Assembly: GCA_965214775.1 (NCBI GenBank)
Contig: OZ243974.1
Location: 2,144,001 to 2,208,000, forward strand
Source of the DNA: Nitrosopumilus sp.
Lineage (GTDB): Archaea > Thermoproteota > Nitrososphaeria > Nitrososphaerales > Nitrosopumilaceae
Reading direction: 5' to 3'
DNA: 64,000 nt
Both the position numbers and the translations under genes were made by a program. How positions within the stretch are numbered: the stretch's first letter is position 1; every line of letters begins with the position of its first letter. The notes under the pieces are model-generated. The model was not told the origin of the DNA, ran no database searches, and saw only the letters and a list, made by a program, of their open reading frames with translations. This document shows positions 30,698 to 40,869 of this stretch, in pieces.

Positions 30698-30845
30698 AGG
30701 AGCATGACGTGTCTGGCAGGAATTTTCCTCCTGATGCCACGAACTGCTTTTTCTGTATGCTCATGCATGTACATATGACTTGCCTGATCTAAATCTTTGG
30801 ATCAAAAATAGTTGTCAAAATTGTCCGTTTTTTATGTATTGACTA
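30698..30845 (-). mobile_element. 5'-end remnant of an IS630 related to the 55283 element
   Basis: Reverse complement aligns with about 55283-55430. Confidence 0.75.
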
Positions 30846-30930
30846 CAGCACGTCGTATTTTCGAGAGGGGGTGAACTCTTACGAACCGAATCAAGGCAGG
30901 ATTTTATACTTGGTTTCAGCGAGTATCATC

Positions 30931-31872
30931 ATGATGGATTCAGGACGGCCTGTAAAAGATATTGAAATTGACGACAATACAACAATCGAAAAAATTTTTG
31001 ATGAACTGTCACAGTCAGGAGGATTTGAATCGGTAAATTTATCGGACGGATTGGAGATCTTGACAAAAATGATTTCAGACAAACAGTGTTTGAAATTCGT
31101 CTCGTTTGTCGGGGCAGTGGTTTCAACGGGCCTGAGGGGAATAATCAAAAACATGATCAAAAACAAATGGTTTGATGTGGCAGTCACTACTTGTGGGGCA
31201 CTGGACCACGATATTGCAAGACACTTTTCACAGTACAGAGAAGGCTCATTTACAATGGATGATAACAAACTAGCTGATCAAAACATTCACAGATTGGGAA
31301 ACATACTGGTTCCAATGGACAGTTACGGTCCACTAATTGAAGAAAAGATGCAGGCATTTTTGGAAGAAGAGTACCAGAACGGAGTCAAAGAGATGACCGG
31401 CACTGAAATTTGCAGGATGATTGGCAGGCATCTTGGGAAGGATTCATTTCTTTATTGGGCGTACAAAAACGATGTCAGCGTAGTCGTTCCAGGAATCATG
31501 GACGGAGCAGTGGGAAGCCAAATTTGGCTATTTACACAAAAACACAGTGATTTCAAACTAAACATGGCAGGAGATGCAGACTTGCTTTCCGGATATATCT
31601 TCAAAGCTGAAAAATCCGGTGCTTTTATGATTGGGGGCGGAATTTCAAAACACCATACTTTATGGTGGAATCAATACAGGGATGGATTGGATTACGCATT
31701 CTACATAACTACTGCCCAAGAGTTTGATGGAAGCCTTAGCGGGGCACTTGTCAGAGAGGCAATCTCCTGGGGAAAGGTAACTCAAAAAGCAAGACAATCT
31801 ACACTGCATGCAGAAGCTACAACAATCCTGCCATTCATTTACTCGGCACTGCTATCCAAATTAAGACAATAG
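30931..31872 (+). CDS. dhs: Deoxyhypusine synthase
   Basis: STGLRG, RLGNILVP, DGAVG, IGGGISKHH, FDGSLSGA..EAISWGK. Confidence 0.95.
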   Translation: MMDSGRPVKDIEIDDNTTIEKIFDELSQSGGFESVNLSDGLEILTKMISDKQCLKFVSFVGAVVSTGLRGIIKNMIKNKWFDVAVTTCGALDHDIARHFSQYREGSFTMDDNKLADQNIHRLGNILVPMDSYGPLIEEKMQAFLEEEYQNGVKEMTGTEICRMIGRHLGKDSFLYWAYKNDVSVVVPGIMDGAVGSQIWLFTQKHSDFKLNMAGDADLLSGYIFKAEKSGAFMIGGGISKHHTLWWNQYRDGLDYAFYITTAQEFDGSLSGALVREAISWGKVTQKARQSTLHAEATTILPFIYSALLSKLRQ

Positions 31873-32002
31873 GGTCTGGAAATCCCTTTTTTTCAGAACT
31901 TTTCGAGCTGCAATCATCCGTTTCTCTTTTTTTGGTGGATGGGGTGGGAAGAGAGTGTGTTGGTCGATGTTTTTGATGTACGATGCAACTTTCGAAGCGT
32001 AC

Positions 32003-33744
32003 TAGACCTTATGCATAAACGAAATTAGTGGCGATGCCCACCGCACCCATGCTAAAAAGCGGGTGCGGCAGGGGCCGGCGCACCCGTGATTGTGCCTCAC
32101 AACATTGAAAATATTTGATCAAAGCCGTAACTATTTTCAGTCGGTTGATTTAGATCCGGGATCCATCCCCACACAAGGGTGATGTCAGAGTACAAGGACG
32201 AGCTGATACGACGGCTAAGGAAGAGAATCGAGCAGGACGAGAAGGAGAAGGCGCTGTACAAAAAGAGGATCAGAGAGTATGAGAAGAGGAGCATGCAGGA
32301 TGATGTGAAGAAGATACAGGACAAAAAGAAGATCAAGAGATACGAGAAGAGGATCAAAAAGGACAGGAAGGAGAAGGCGCTGTACAGGAAGGAGGGGATG
32401 CAATACAGGAAGGAGATCAGAGAGTACGATAAGAAGAGCAGGCAGGATGACAAAAGACACGAGCAGGATCAGATCAAGATAGGGCAGCTGGAGCAGCAGC
32501 TGGACTTTGAGCGCAGGATGTGGTCTGCAACCTGGGAGGACGGCAGGCGCTCCACAGACAACGCCGCGTTCATGCACAGGCTCGAGGTGCTCGATGACAT
32601 AATAGACGGCGGATCCCTGCAGCCCACCACGTCGATGAACCGCCGCCAGTTTGACTATATATCCGACCGGTTTACAAAGCTTGCCAAAAAGCACACAGAA
32701 GGCCCCCTGTTCTCAGAAGACGAGGACAACTTTCCCGGAAACCGGTGCAAGCTGTCCTACCGCCACGCCCTGCTGATGTCGCTGATGCGCAAGTACGGAA
32801 ACCCGACACAGGAGCAGCTTGCGGCATTCTTTGGCATAGACCAGAGCACCGTATGCAGGTACCTCAGGTATTGCGATATGATATTTCTCAAGATGTTGCC
32901 CACGCCGAATGCCGTGTCCCGGAGGATACGAAACACCCGTACGATCGAGGAGCTCAAGGGGTTGGTCCCCGACCTGGCCGTGATTGTAGACGGCACACAC
33001 ATCGACATACAGCGCCCCACAGACAAGGAGCCAAGAAAGGAGGCATACTCGGGCAAGAAGAAGAGCTTTACGCGCAACGTCCAGGTGCTGGCCAGCAAGA
33101 GTGGGCTGACGTTGTATGCAAGCGAGTCGTCACCGGGAAGCGCGCACGACCTCACCATGATAAGGGACAACCCACCGGATCTGGGAATCCTGACTGCCAG
33201 GATGCGCAGCAACAGAAAGCACCCCGAAAAAGAGAAGGTAAAGCTGCTCTCTGACCTGGGATACGTGGGAATCAAGGAACTGTACCCCGGGGCCATATCC
33301 ATGCAGCCCCACAAGAAGCCAAGAGGGGGCAAGCTTACAAGAAAACAGAAGGCGCACAACAGGAGGATAAGCAGCAAGAGGGTGACAGTAGAGCACGCCA
33401 TAGGGGGCATCAAACGGTACAAGCGGATGCGTGATCCGTACGATGGGGCGGCCGAGGAGTTTGACCGGGAGTTCCAGGTGACAGCCGGGCTTGCCAACTT
33501 TAGGCTGCTGTGGGACAAGCCGAACAAGAAGCTCATGCATGGGTTCTGATATCGCGGTACGGAGCGCATTGCGGCGCCACACGATGCCGCACGACATTGC
33601 AGTTTTTACCAGCTAGACGGGCCTGCAGCTGCACGGTACGCGGACTCTGCCACCTTCATACGCGTCATCTGATGCTATTTACTTTGCATGCACGGTAGAC
33701 TTTCAATCGGAATGTCTCGATCCGGTCGATTACGCATAAGGTCT
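32003..33744 (+). mobile_element. Complete IS5-family (ISL2-like, DDE_Tnp_4) element
   Basis: TIR AGACCTTATGCRTAAWCGA; 3-bp TSD ACT. Confidence 0.88.
32179..33549 (+). CDS. IS5/ISL2-type transposase with a long charged N-terminal coiled coil
   Basis: LAAFFGIDQSTV HTH, IVDGT..I.RP, YSGKKK, GSAHD, DLGY.G, RVTVEHAIG..K. Confidence 0.9.
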   Translation: MMSEYKDELIRRLRKRIEQDEKEKALYKKRIREYEKRSMQDDVKKIQDKKKIKRYEKRIKKDRKEKALYRKEGMQYRKEIREYDKKSRQDDKRHEQDQIKIGQLEQQLDFERRMWSATWEDGRRSTDNAAFMHRLEVLDDIIDGGSLQPTTSMNRRQFDYISDRFTKLAKKHTEGPLFSEDEDNFPGNRCKLSYRHALLMSLMRKYGNPTQEQLAAFFGIDQSTVCRYLRYCDMIFLKMLPTPNAVSRRIRNTRTIEELKGLVPDLAVIVDGTHIDIQRPTDKEPRKEAYSGKKKSFTRNVQVLASKSGLTLYASESSPGSAHDLTMIRDNPPDLGILTARMRSNRKHPEKEKVKLLSDLGYVGIKELYPGAISMQPHKKPRGGKLTRKQKAHNRRISSKRVTVEHAIGGIKRYKRMRDPYDGAAEEFDREFQVTAGLANFRLLWDKPNKKLMHGF

Positions 33745-33817
33745 ACTGTTTGTATTCCGTATGTCTTCTTAGTGTGTGAATTGGGAATTCCTGTCTGTGT
33801 GTTCAAGATATCGTTTT

Positions 33818-34923
33818 TAGCAACGGTCACAAGTAATTGAGGGCTTTGACCGGCGATCTGTAAATGTACTTGTACATGCAAAGGTGGGCAAACGACACCG
33901 TCCTGTAGTACTCGGATATGGCATGCCGTAGCTCGCTGATTTTCCTGTACACTATCCCCCTGAAAACGACAGGCTTGCCTAGGTTCCAGCATTCTTCCAC
34001 GATATTGAGGTACGGCGATCCCTTCGGGATCATTATCAGCCTGATGTCGGGATGACCTGCCAGATATTCTGCGACGTCAATAGATCTGTGCACACTCCAC
34101 CTGTCGCAAAAGACGGCAACCTTGCCAAACTTGGCGCGCAACGCCTCCAGACATTGTATGAACTGCACTGACCTAAACGATCCCGTAAACGTCCTGAACA
34201 GCCTTCTGCCGTCTTCTGCGATGCTTCCAAACACGGCCACCTTTGTGTGGTCCCCCGAATACGATGCCACGCTTCTGGTGCCGACCGGACCCCACACGTA
34301 TCTGTCATATGCGCCCTGCACGAAGAACGCCTCATCAGATGACACCAGCGTAAAACCCTCTCTTTTCAGGCACGGAATACGCACGTTTTCAAGATACCAC
34401 TGCCACGAGTATACCGAGCTTGGGGTGGCATGGTTGACATGTATGTTTTGCACCTTGCGGCGCGACAGGCCATGCTGGCGCATCATTCTCCGGACATGTT
34501 CTATGCTGTATTCTGTCCCGGTGGCATCCCTTATGTCATCGCGTACCGTCATGACATCGGTACTTTTGCATGCAGTAGACAGATCCATTATGGCTGCAAT
34601 ACTTTTCCTGTCCACCTTTGGCCTGCATCCGGAACGGGGAAGATCCCGGAGACCGTCTATGCCGCCCTCCGAAAACCTCGCCAGCCAGTTACGCACGGAA
34701 TTCTCACTGCACCGGATCTTTCTTGCAGTCTCGGGTACGCCCATGTCGTCTTCTAGCACAAACATCAGCGCCATGATCTTCTTGTAGACTTTGGCATCCT
34801 TTTCTTTGCGCATGGCCTCTGACAGGATGTCTGTTTCTTTTGCCATACATACTGCGCCAGTTACGTGATCATTATACTTTTCGAATGACCTTGTTTTGGC
34901 TCAAAGACTTATGCTCGTTGCTA
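33818..34923 (-). mobile_element. IS630-family element (copy 1 of a pair)
   Basis: Ends TAGCAACG.../...CGTTGCTA; highly similar to 55932-57039. Confidence 0.9.
33827..34846 (-). CDS. IS630 transposase
   Basis: SSDEA, FCDRWSVH, SPYLNIVEECW. Confidence 0.88.
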   Translation of the reverse strand: MAKETDILSEAMRKEKDAKVYKKIMALMFVLEDDMGVPETARKIRCSENSVRNWLARFSEGGIDGLRDLPRSGCRPKVDRKSIAAIMDLSTACKSTDVMTVRDDIRDATGTEYSIEHVRRMMRQHGLSRRKVQNIHVNHATPSSVYSWQWYLENVRIPCLKREGFTLVSSDEAFFVQGAYDRYVWGPVGTRSVASYSGDHTKVAVFGSIAEDGRRLFRTFTGSFRSVQFIQCLEALRAKFGKVAVFCDRWSVHRSIDVAEYLAGHPDIRLIMIPKGSPYLNIVEECWNLGKPVVFRGIVYRKISELRHAISEYYRTVSFAHLCMYKYIYRSPVKALNYL

Positions 34924-34924
34924 T

Positions 34925-35659
34925 ACTGACAAGGGAAAGATAAGGGCGCAATTCCTCGTTTGGTCTGCTGGTGAATTCCAGTATCCAAAAAACAATTCAT
35001 TTCCAGGATCAAGGCATTGCATTCACAACAGTTTGATTACCGATTGGGATGAAGTTCAGGGGGATGAATTTTTTGTTATTGGAGGCTATGAAAGCGGTAT
35101 GGACACCGCAATTAATTTGTCTGAACGGAGTAAACGAGTAACAATAATCGACAAGGAAAACCTGCTTGAGAGCAAAGACATAGATCCTAGCAGAACCATA
35201 TCCCCATACACAAAAGACAGACTAAGAAGAGCCAACTCTAGGAACACGATTGGATTTCATCCTGGAAGAGTTACCAAAGTTGAAAAGAACCAAAATGAAT
35301 TTGTAATTCATCTTCAAAAGAAGAAGAAGATTCGATCAAAGACAAAACCAATCCTAGCTACAGGATTTGCAGGGAGTCTCTCATTGATCAAAAACCTGTT
35401 TTACTGGAAGGAGGGAAAAGCACAACTAAACACGTATGACGAATCTACAAAAACTCCGGGATTGTACGTAACGGGGCCGTTGCTGCAACAACACAACATG
35501 ATTTTCTGTTTTATTTACAAATTTCAGCAGAGATTTGCCGTAGTCGCAAATCATATCGGGATAAAATTAAGCAAGGACACATCAATAATCGAAGGATACA
35601 AAAAAGAAGGGATGTATCTTGATGATTTGAATGGCATCGAGGATAAACGTGCATGCTAA
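34925..35659 (+). pseudogene. FAD/NAD(P)-dependent oxidoreductase, 5' part lost next to IS630
   Basis: VWSAGEFQYP, IGGYESGMD, ILATGF, DESTKTPGLY, FCFIYKF; no N-terminal GxGxxG. Confidence 0.8.
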
Positions 35660-35719
35660 AAAGATCAAAATCCGAAATGAACGGGTAAAAACTATTAATC
35701 CCATAACTAAGAAGTTAAG

Positions 35720-36436
35720 GTGTTGTTTCCAAGGATTAGAATCAAAGAGCTAAAACCAATCAGCCTGGAAAACGGGTATCTGATTGACGGATTTCCATCA
35801 GTGGGGTTTAGCAGTGCAATTGCAACTGAATCCATGATTCACACATCGCAGTTTGAACAAGTGGGGATTATCGATTCAGATGTTTTTCCTCCAATCAGCG
35901 TAATAAAAGATGAAAAACCAAACTATCCGACTAGAATCTTTGCCAACGAAGAGCTGAAAATCGGAGTCTTTCTGTCCTATTTGACCCTAGATCAATCATT
36001 GCACAGAACCGCATCAAGGGCCATGTTAAAGTGGGCAAAGAAGCACAAAATCGGATTAATTGTAAGCAGCGTTGCAATAAAATCGCCTGATGGAAATGAG
36101 AAGATGATGGGAATTGGAAGTACAGATGCTGCAAGACAAAAGGTAATGGATGCAGGACTAAAAGTTTTAGAGCATGGAACCGTCCCTGGAATTCCTGGGG
36201 TGCTGTTAAATGAAGGCAGTCTAAGCGGCCAAGATGTAATTGTGATAATTTTTCATACAAATGGGAGTGGTCCGGATTTCAAATCCAGTGCACAACTCTG
36301 TATTGCAATGTCTAAATTGATTCCCGGAGCATCGTGTAATGTTTCATCATTACAACAAGAAGCAGAGAAAGCCGAGGCAGTAATCAAAGAAACTGAGGAA
36401 GAATCAAGGCATCTCAAAGATTCAATGTACAGGTAA
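35720..36436 (+). CDS. PAC2-family proteasome assembly chaperone
   Basis: LIDGFPSVG, GIPGVLL, PD..SA motifs. Confidence 0.85.
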   Translation: MLFPRIRIKELKPISLENGYLIDGFPSVGFSSAIATESMIHTSQFEQVGIIDSDVFPPISVIKDEKPNYPTRIFANEELKIGVFLSYLTLDQSLHRTASRAMLKWAKKHKIGLIVSSVAIKSPDGNEKMMGIGSTDAARQKVMDAGLKVLEHGTVPGIPGVLLNEGSLSGQDVIVIIFHTNGSGPDFKSSAQLCIAMSKLIPGASCNVSSLQQEAEKAEAVIKETEEESRHLKDSMYR

Positions 36437-36480
36437 TTCCAAGCTTTATTTCACAACAAAACATCACAAAAGTGAGATAA

Positions 36481-37110
36481 TTGATTCAACCTTTTGAATT
36501 TGCATTAATTGTGATTGGGGTTTCAGCTTCAGGAGTAATGGCACCAGGTCCGCTTTTTGCAGCAAATATTGCTTATGGATTGAGACAGGGAGCTCAAACA
36601 GGAATCAGGATGGCCACAGGTCATACAATTGTGGAATTGCCGTTAGTTATTTTGCTGGGAATTGGAGTTTTCTCAGTCGAAACACTGCCAGAATTTAGAA
36701 CAGTAATTTCGATTTTGGGTGCCGTCACAATATTTGTATTTGCAGGACTGCAGATTAGGACTGTTTTCAAAAATAACGCAGTTTGCAGCGGCACTTCCCC
36801 CAGAGATCCGCTTGTTACGGGAATCGTATTTAGTGCGTTAAACCCGTTTTTCATAATTTGGTGGCTTACAATTGGTTTCAAACTCATATCAGACGCGATG
36901 CTGATCTGGGCATTTGGAGGGGTGTTGATAATGTTTGCATTACATATTTGGATGGATTTTGCTTGGCTGGGAGCAGTTTCACTTTTAGCATCTAGGGGTA
37001 GGAATATTCTTTCTAACAGAAACTACAAAATAGTGATGATTGGATTAAGTGTGATGCTAATTTATTTTGGAATTACCTTTTTGAAGGGTGTGGATTTATC
37101 CGCAATCTAA
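36481..37110 (+). CDS. LysE-family translocator
   Basis: SGVMAPGP, GHTIVE, LNPFFIIWW. Confidence 0.9.
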   Translation: MIQPFEFALIVIGVSASGVMAPGPLFAANIAYGLRQGAQTGIRMATGHTIVELPLVILLGIGVFSVETLPEFRTVISILGAVTIFVFAGLQIRTVFKNNAVCSGTSPRDPLVTGIVFSALNPFFIIWWLTIGFKLISDAMLIWAFGGVLIMFALHIWMDFAWLGAVSLLASRGRNILSNRNYKIVMIGLSVMLIYFGITFLKGVDLSAI

Positions 37111-37320
37111 AATTTCTATCTTGGGTTCACACGTTTCATTAAAGGTATCAATTTGCTCAATTATCTCTTCACAAAATTCAGGATCCAGTGTTTTTTCATA
37201 TGATTTGATTCGGGAGGTAATCTGAATATGGGATATGCCACATGAATCATCAGAATAAATAACTATGATTAATGCCGATGAAGAAACAAAGCCAATAATG
37301 ATAAAGTATTTTAAATTAGC
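37096..37320 (-). CDS. Small membrane-anchored hypothetical protein
   Basis: Hydrophobic N-terminus, Cys pattern ending ILDCG; start uncertain. Confidence 0.5.
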   Translation of the reverse strand, partial: ANLKYFIIIGFVSSSALIIVIYSDDSCGISHIQITSRIKSYEKTLDPEFCEEIIEQIDTFNETCEPKIEILDCG

Positions 37321-38239
37321 TTTTTGATATATCAATTTCCATTCTTGAAACATTACGCTGTTTTCCATCCTGAGATGTTAGAGAATCAGATGATATTCTA
37401 ACATCACTAACAACATAACCGACAGAATCCATTCGTTTAACAATCATCTGGGAAACATCAACGGCCTGAGTTATTCGTTTTCCTCTGGCTTTTATTGTCA
37501 CCGTTGATCTTGTAGAAAGTTGTGTTAATGTGGCAGACACGTAAGTCATGATAGGTTTAGTTCCAACAAAGATCACATCACGTTCTTCAGCAGGTTTGGG
37601 TTCATCATTTTGTTCCTGCATCACTTCAGGTTCCTGTGCAGGTTCCTGCATCACTTCAGGTTCCTGTGCAGGTTCCTGCATCACTTCAGGTTCCTGTGCA
37701 GGTTCCTGCATCACTTCAGGTTCCTGTGCAGGTTCCTGCATCACTTCAGGTTCCTGTGCAGGTTCCTGCATCACTTCAGGTTCCTGTGCAGGTTCCTGCA
37801 TCACTTCAGGTTCCTGTGCAGGTTCCTGCATCACTTCAGGTTCCTGTGCAGGTTCCTGCATCACTTCAGGTTCCTGTGCAGGTTCCTGCATCACTTCAGG
37901 TTCCTGTGCAGGTTCCTGCATCACTTCAGGTTCCTGTGCAGGTTCCTGCATCACTTCAGGTTCCTGTGCAGGTTCCTGCATCACTTCAGGTTCCTGTGCA
38001 GGTTCCTGCATCACTTCAGGTTCCTGTGCAGGTTCCTGCATCACTTCAGGTTCCTGTGCAGGTTCCTGCATCACTTCAGGTTCCTGTGCAGGTTCCTGCA
38101 TCACTTCAGGTTCCTGTGCAGGTTCCTGCATCACTTCAGGTTCCTGTGCAGGTTCAGATTCAGATTCTGTTTTTTTGGTTCTTGAATCAAATTCTGATAA
38201 AATATCTTCTGCATCTTTGGATTTTTTTGGATCACTCAA
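37316..38239 (-). CDS. alba: Alba DNA/RNA-binding protein with an acidic repeat extension
   Basis: C-terminal [29 protein letters not shown]. Confidence 0.9.
   Translation of the reverse strand: MSDPKKSKDAEDILSEFDSRTKKTESESEPAQEPEVMQEPAQEPEVMQEPAQEPEVMQEPAQEPEVMQEPAQEPEVMQEPAQEPEVMQEPAQEPEVMQEPAQEPEVMQEPAQEPEVMQEPAQEPEVMQEPAQEPEVMQEPAQEPEVMQEPAQEPEVMQEPAQEPEVMQEPAQEPEVMQEPAQEPEVMQEPAQEPEVMQEPAQEPEVMQEQNDEPKPAEERDVIFVGTKPIMTYVSATLTQLSTRSTVTIKARGKRITQAVDVSQMIVKRMDSVGYVVSDVRISSDSLTSQDGKQRNVSRMEIDISKS
37612..38155. repeat. Perfect 30-bp tandem repeat x18 encoding [10 protein letters not shown]
   Basis: TCACTTCAGGTTCCTGTGCAGGTTCCTGCA repeated without spacers. Confidence 0.97.
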
Positions 38240-38278
38240 TTTTAATTCCTTTTATAACAAATCTTCTCTCACTTTTAT

Positions 38279-38527
38279 TTAATTATTGATGTTACGATCT
38301 TTCAAATAATCTTCAAAAATTTTTTCTAACTCCTCGTTGCTTTGGCATTTTTTGATTTCATCAACAAGAGACTTTTCTTCAATCTCGTAACAGTTAAGCA
38401 AATCTTGAGAGTCTTTGAAAACCAAAATTGCCTTGTTTTTGAAAATACAGTGATAGAGAGTCTCTTTTTCCATCAATTCTGGTCTCATATTTACCCCGTT
38501 TTCATCAGATGATACGGGAGAATCCAT
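38279..38527 (-). CDS. Small conserved hypothetical protein
   Basis: YHCIF...LVFKD...LNCYEIE; backbone composition. Confidence 0.65.
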   Translation of the reverse strand: MDSPVSSDENGVNMRPELMEKETLYHCIFKNKAILVFKDSQDLLNCYEIEEKSLVDEIKKCQSNEELEKIFEDYLKDRNINN

Positions 38528-38599
38528 AAAGTTAGAGAATCTGTTGATTATTTAGATGATTCACAATATTGTAATACCATTCAAGGAAAAAGAGCAGTA

Positions 38600-39694
38600 T
38601 TGGAAACAAGAATAGTTTTCCACATTGATTTTGATTACTTTTACGCACAATGCGAAGAGATCAGATCACCTGAACTAAAATCAAAACCTGTCTGTGTATG
38701 TGTTTTCTCAGATAGGGGGGGAGACAGCGGGGCGATTGCAACTGCCAACTATACTGCAAGAAAATTTGGAGTCAAATCAGGAATTCCCATCACGTTTGCC
38801 AAAAAAAGATTAGAAGACCAAAAGGATGCAGTTTTTCTTCCTGTGGATTTTGATTACTATGGAGCAATGTCCGAAAAAGCAATGAATGTCATGAAAGAAT
38901 GTGCAGATATTTTTGAATATGTGGGAAAAGATGAAGCATATCTTGACGTTACAAGCAGAGTAGAAGGAAGTTTTGAGAAAGCAAGTCATCTTGGGCAGCA
39001 AATCAAAAATTCAATCAGAGAAAAAACTAAACTTAGCTGTTCAATTGGAATTTCACCAAACAAATTAATTTCAAAAATCGCATCGGATTTTCAAAAACCA
39101 GACGGACTGACAGTTGTCTTGCCAGATAAAACAGATGAGTTTTTAGAACAGCTACAAATCAGGACAATTCCAGGAATCGGAAAGAAAACAGAGAAAAAAT
39201 TTTCTGAAATGAATCTTGAAACGATAAACGATGTAAAAAATCTAGACGTATTTACCTTGAATAAGGAATTTGGAAGAAAAAGTGGAACATACATCTACAA
39301 TGCAGTAAGAGGAATAGATACTGAACCTGTTAAAGAAAGAGAGGCAAGCATTCAGTACAGCAAAATCATGACACTGAAAAAAGACTCAAAAGACTATGAT
39401 TTTTTATCTGAAAGTTTAGATGATCTTTGCAACAAAGTATACGAAACTGTAAAGAAAAACCATAGAATGTTCAAATCAGTGGGAATACACTTTGTTCAGT
39501 CAGATTTATCTAGCAAATCAAAATCCAAAATGCTAAGAAATCCTACGCTGAATCTAGAAGAATTGAAAAAAACAGCTGATCTGTTGCTTAGAGAAGCACT
39601 TGAGGATCAGACAAATACAATTCGACGTTTAGGTGTTAAAGTCGCAGAATTATCAGAAATTCAAGGCCAGAGTGACATTACCAGTTATTTTTAA
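38600..39694 (+). CDS. dinB: Y-family DNA polymerase IV (Dpo4)
   Basis: HIDFDYFYAQ, ATANY.AR.FGV, DEAYLD, KPDGL, PGIGKK; PIP box QSDITSYF. Confidence 0.95.
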   Translation: METRIVFHIDFDYFYAQCEEIRSPELKSKPVCVCVFSDRGGDSGAIATANYTARKFGVKSGIPITFAKKRLEDQKDAVFLPVDFDYYGAMSEKAMNVMKECADIFEYVGKDEAYLDVTSRVEGSFEKASHLGQQIKNSIREKTKLSCSIGISPNKLISKIASDFQKPDGLTVVLPDKTDEFLEQLQIRTIPGIGKKTEKKFSEMNLETINDVKNLDVFTLNKEFGRKSGTYIYNAVRGIDTEPVKEREASIQYSKIMTLKKDSKDYDFLSESLDDLCNKVYETVKKNHRMFKSVGIHFVQSDLSSKSKSKMLRNPTLNLEELKKTADLLLREALEDQTNTIRRLGVKVAELSEIQGQSDITSYF

Positions 39695-39697
39695 AAA

Positions 39698-40615
39698 TCA
39701 CTGCTCGGCTTTCTTTAATCGTCTGGATTCTATGATGGTTACTACCAGTATGAACGCAAACATCCAAGGCAAGAACATGATTTCACCTGCAATTTTATGA
39801 TATTCTTCCCACGCTACAGGATCAGTCGTTACTTTTAGAGCATACCATGAAAGTGAGAAAACCCTGATTAGGTTCACAATAATTGTCCCTATGATTCCTA
39901 AAACAAAGTAAATGGCCTTTCTTTTTCTTGGAATATTCATTTTCAGCATAAATGCGCCAATTACCAAAGAGAAGATAACAATACTGTGAACCCCGGCTGA
40001 TGGCCAGAATACCTGTAATGCCATTGAGCCATGATCTCCACGCAAGAACATCACATTGTCTCGAGCTACGGCAGTTCCAAGATCAAGAACGGTAATCGCC
40101 CAGACGTTTGCCTGTACAAAGTATGGAACAATGTATTGTAACGGGCCTAGCGTATCATATGGGAAAAACGCATCAAGCGAAAGTATGATTGCAGTTCCTG
40201 ACAAGAAAATTGGGCCGGCAGGGGAAATTCTTATCCATCGTCTTCCAAAGAAAATACTTAGTGCAGCAACAATGAAGATTGTCATTACTACAAAGTCCCA
40301 CATCCATGTCCATGAATAGATGAGTTGAACATCAAACTGTTCGGCAGATTCTATAATGTAGTCTCTCAATCCGTATTCTAAAGAGATCAGATAACCAATG
40401 GTTGCAACAACTAATGGAACAACTGCAAGTAAGCGTTTTTTAGAAATTACGATTTTCAAGCCGATTAATTCCGCCACTACGAACACAAGAGCAAAAAGAT
40501 AGCCTCCACGTCCTTCATTCCAACTCCAAGTAACGGAATCAGGAAAAACAATCATGGAAAACAAGATAGGGCTAGAAATTATTGCAATGCCTGCAAATAG
40601 ATTCTTGTTCTGCAC
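39698..40615 (-). CDS. Thaumarchaeosortase (archaeosortase/exosortase family)
   Basis: Multi-TM; SWNEGRGG, VFWPSAGVHS, NLIR, YH..AGE. Confidence 0.8.
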   Translation of the reverse strand: MQNKNLFAGIAIISSPILFSMIVFPDSVTWSWNEGRGGYLFALVFVVAELIGLKIVISKKRLLAVVPLVVATIGYLISLEYGLRDYIIESAEQFDVQLIYSWTWMWDFVVMTIFIVAALSIFFGRRWIRISPAGPIFLSGTAIILSLDAFFPYDTLGPLQYIVPYFVQANVWAITVLDLGTAVARDNVMFLRGDHGSMALQVFWPSAGVHSIVIFSLVIGAFMLKMNIPRKRKAIYFVLGIIGTIIVNLIRVFSLSWYALKVTTDPVAWEEYHKIAGEIMFLPWMFAFILVVTIIESRRLKKAEQ

Positions 40616-40814
40616 GCTGTAACCTAAAAAACGGTAAATAAATACCTCTATGATTAGTGTCAAAAATTCATCTTGACTTGTGACAAACAAGAAGCGATGC
40701 TAATCTTCTGCATCCTCAATTTCGTCGTAGTCTGGATCTCTTCTGCTTGGTCTTATTGGAACATAGATGAATGTCACAAATAAAGTCACACAAACTACAA
40801 AATACATTTCATGG

Positions 40815-40862
40815 TCGCAAAAGTTTGTCCTTTTTGTGTATTATTAGTAGCTATGGATACTA
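40815..40862 (-). mobile_element. Isolated IS630-type end
   Basis: TTGTCCTTTTTGTG..TAGC...GGATACTA matches the element end at 58730-58768; followed by CG. Confidence 0.6.
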
Positions 40863-40869
40863 CGTTATC

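Noticed and set aside
37612-38155. 30-bp repeat array as a CRISPR
   Set aside because: No spacers, in-frame coding repeat, and no cas genes in the window
37548-38289. Three + strand ORFs over the repeat (Cys-rich, His/Arg-rich, VQVPASL)
   Set aside because: Shadow frames of a stop-free repeat; only the - strand frame joins the Alba domain
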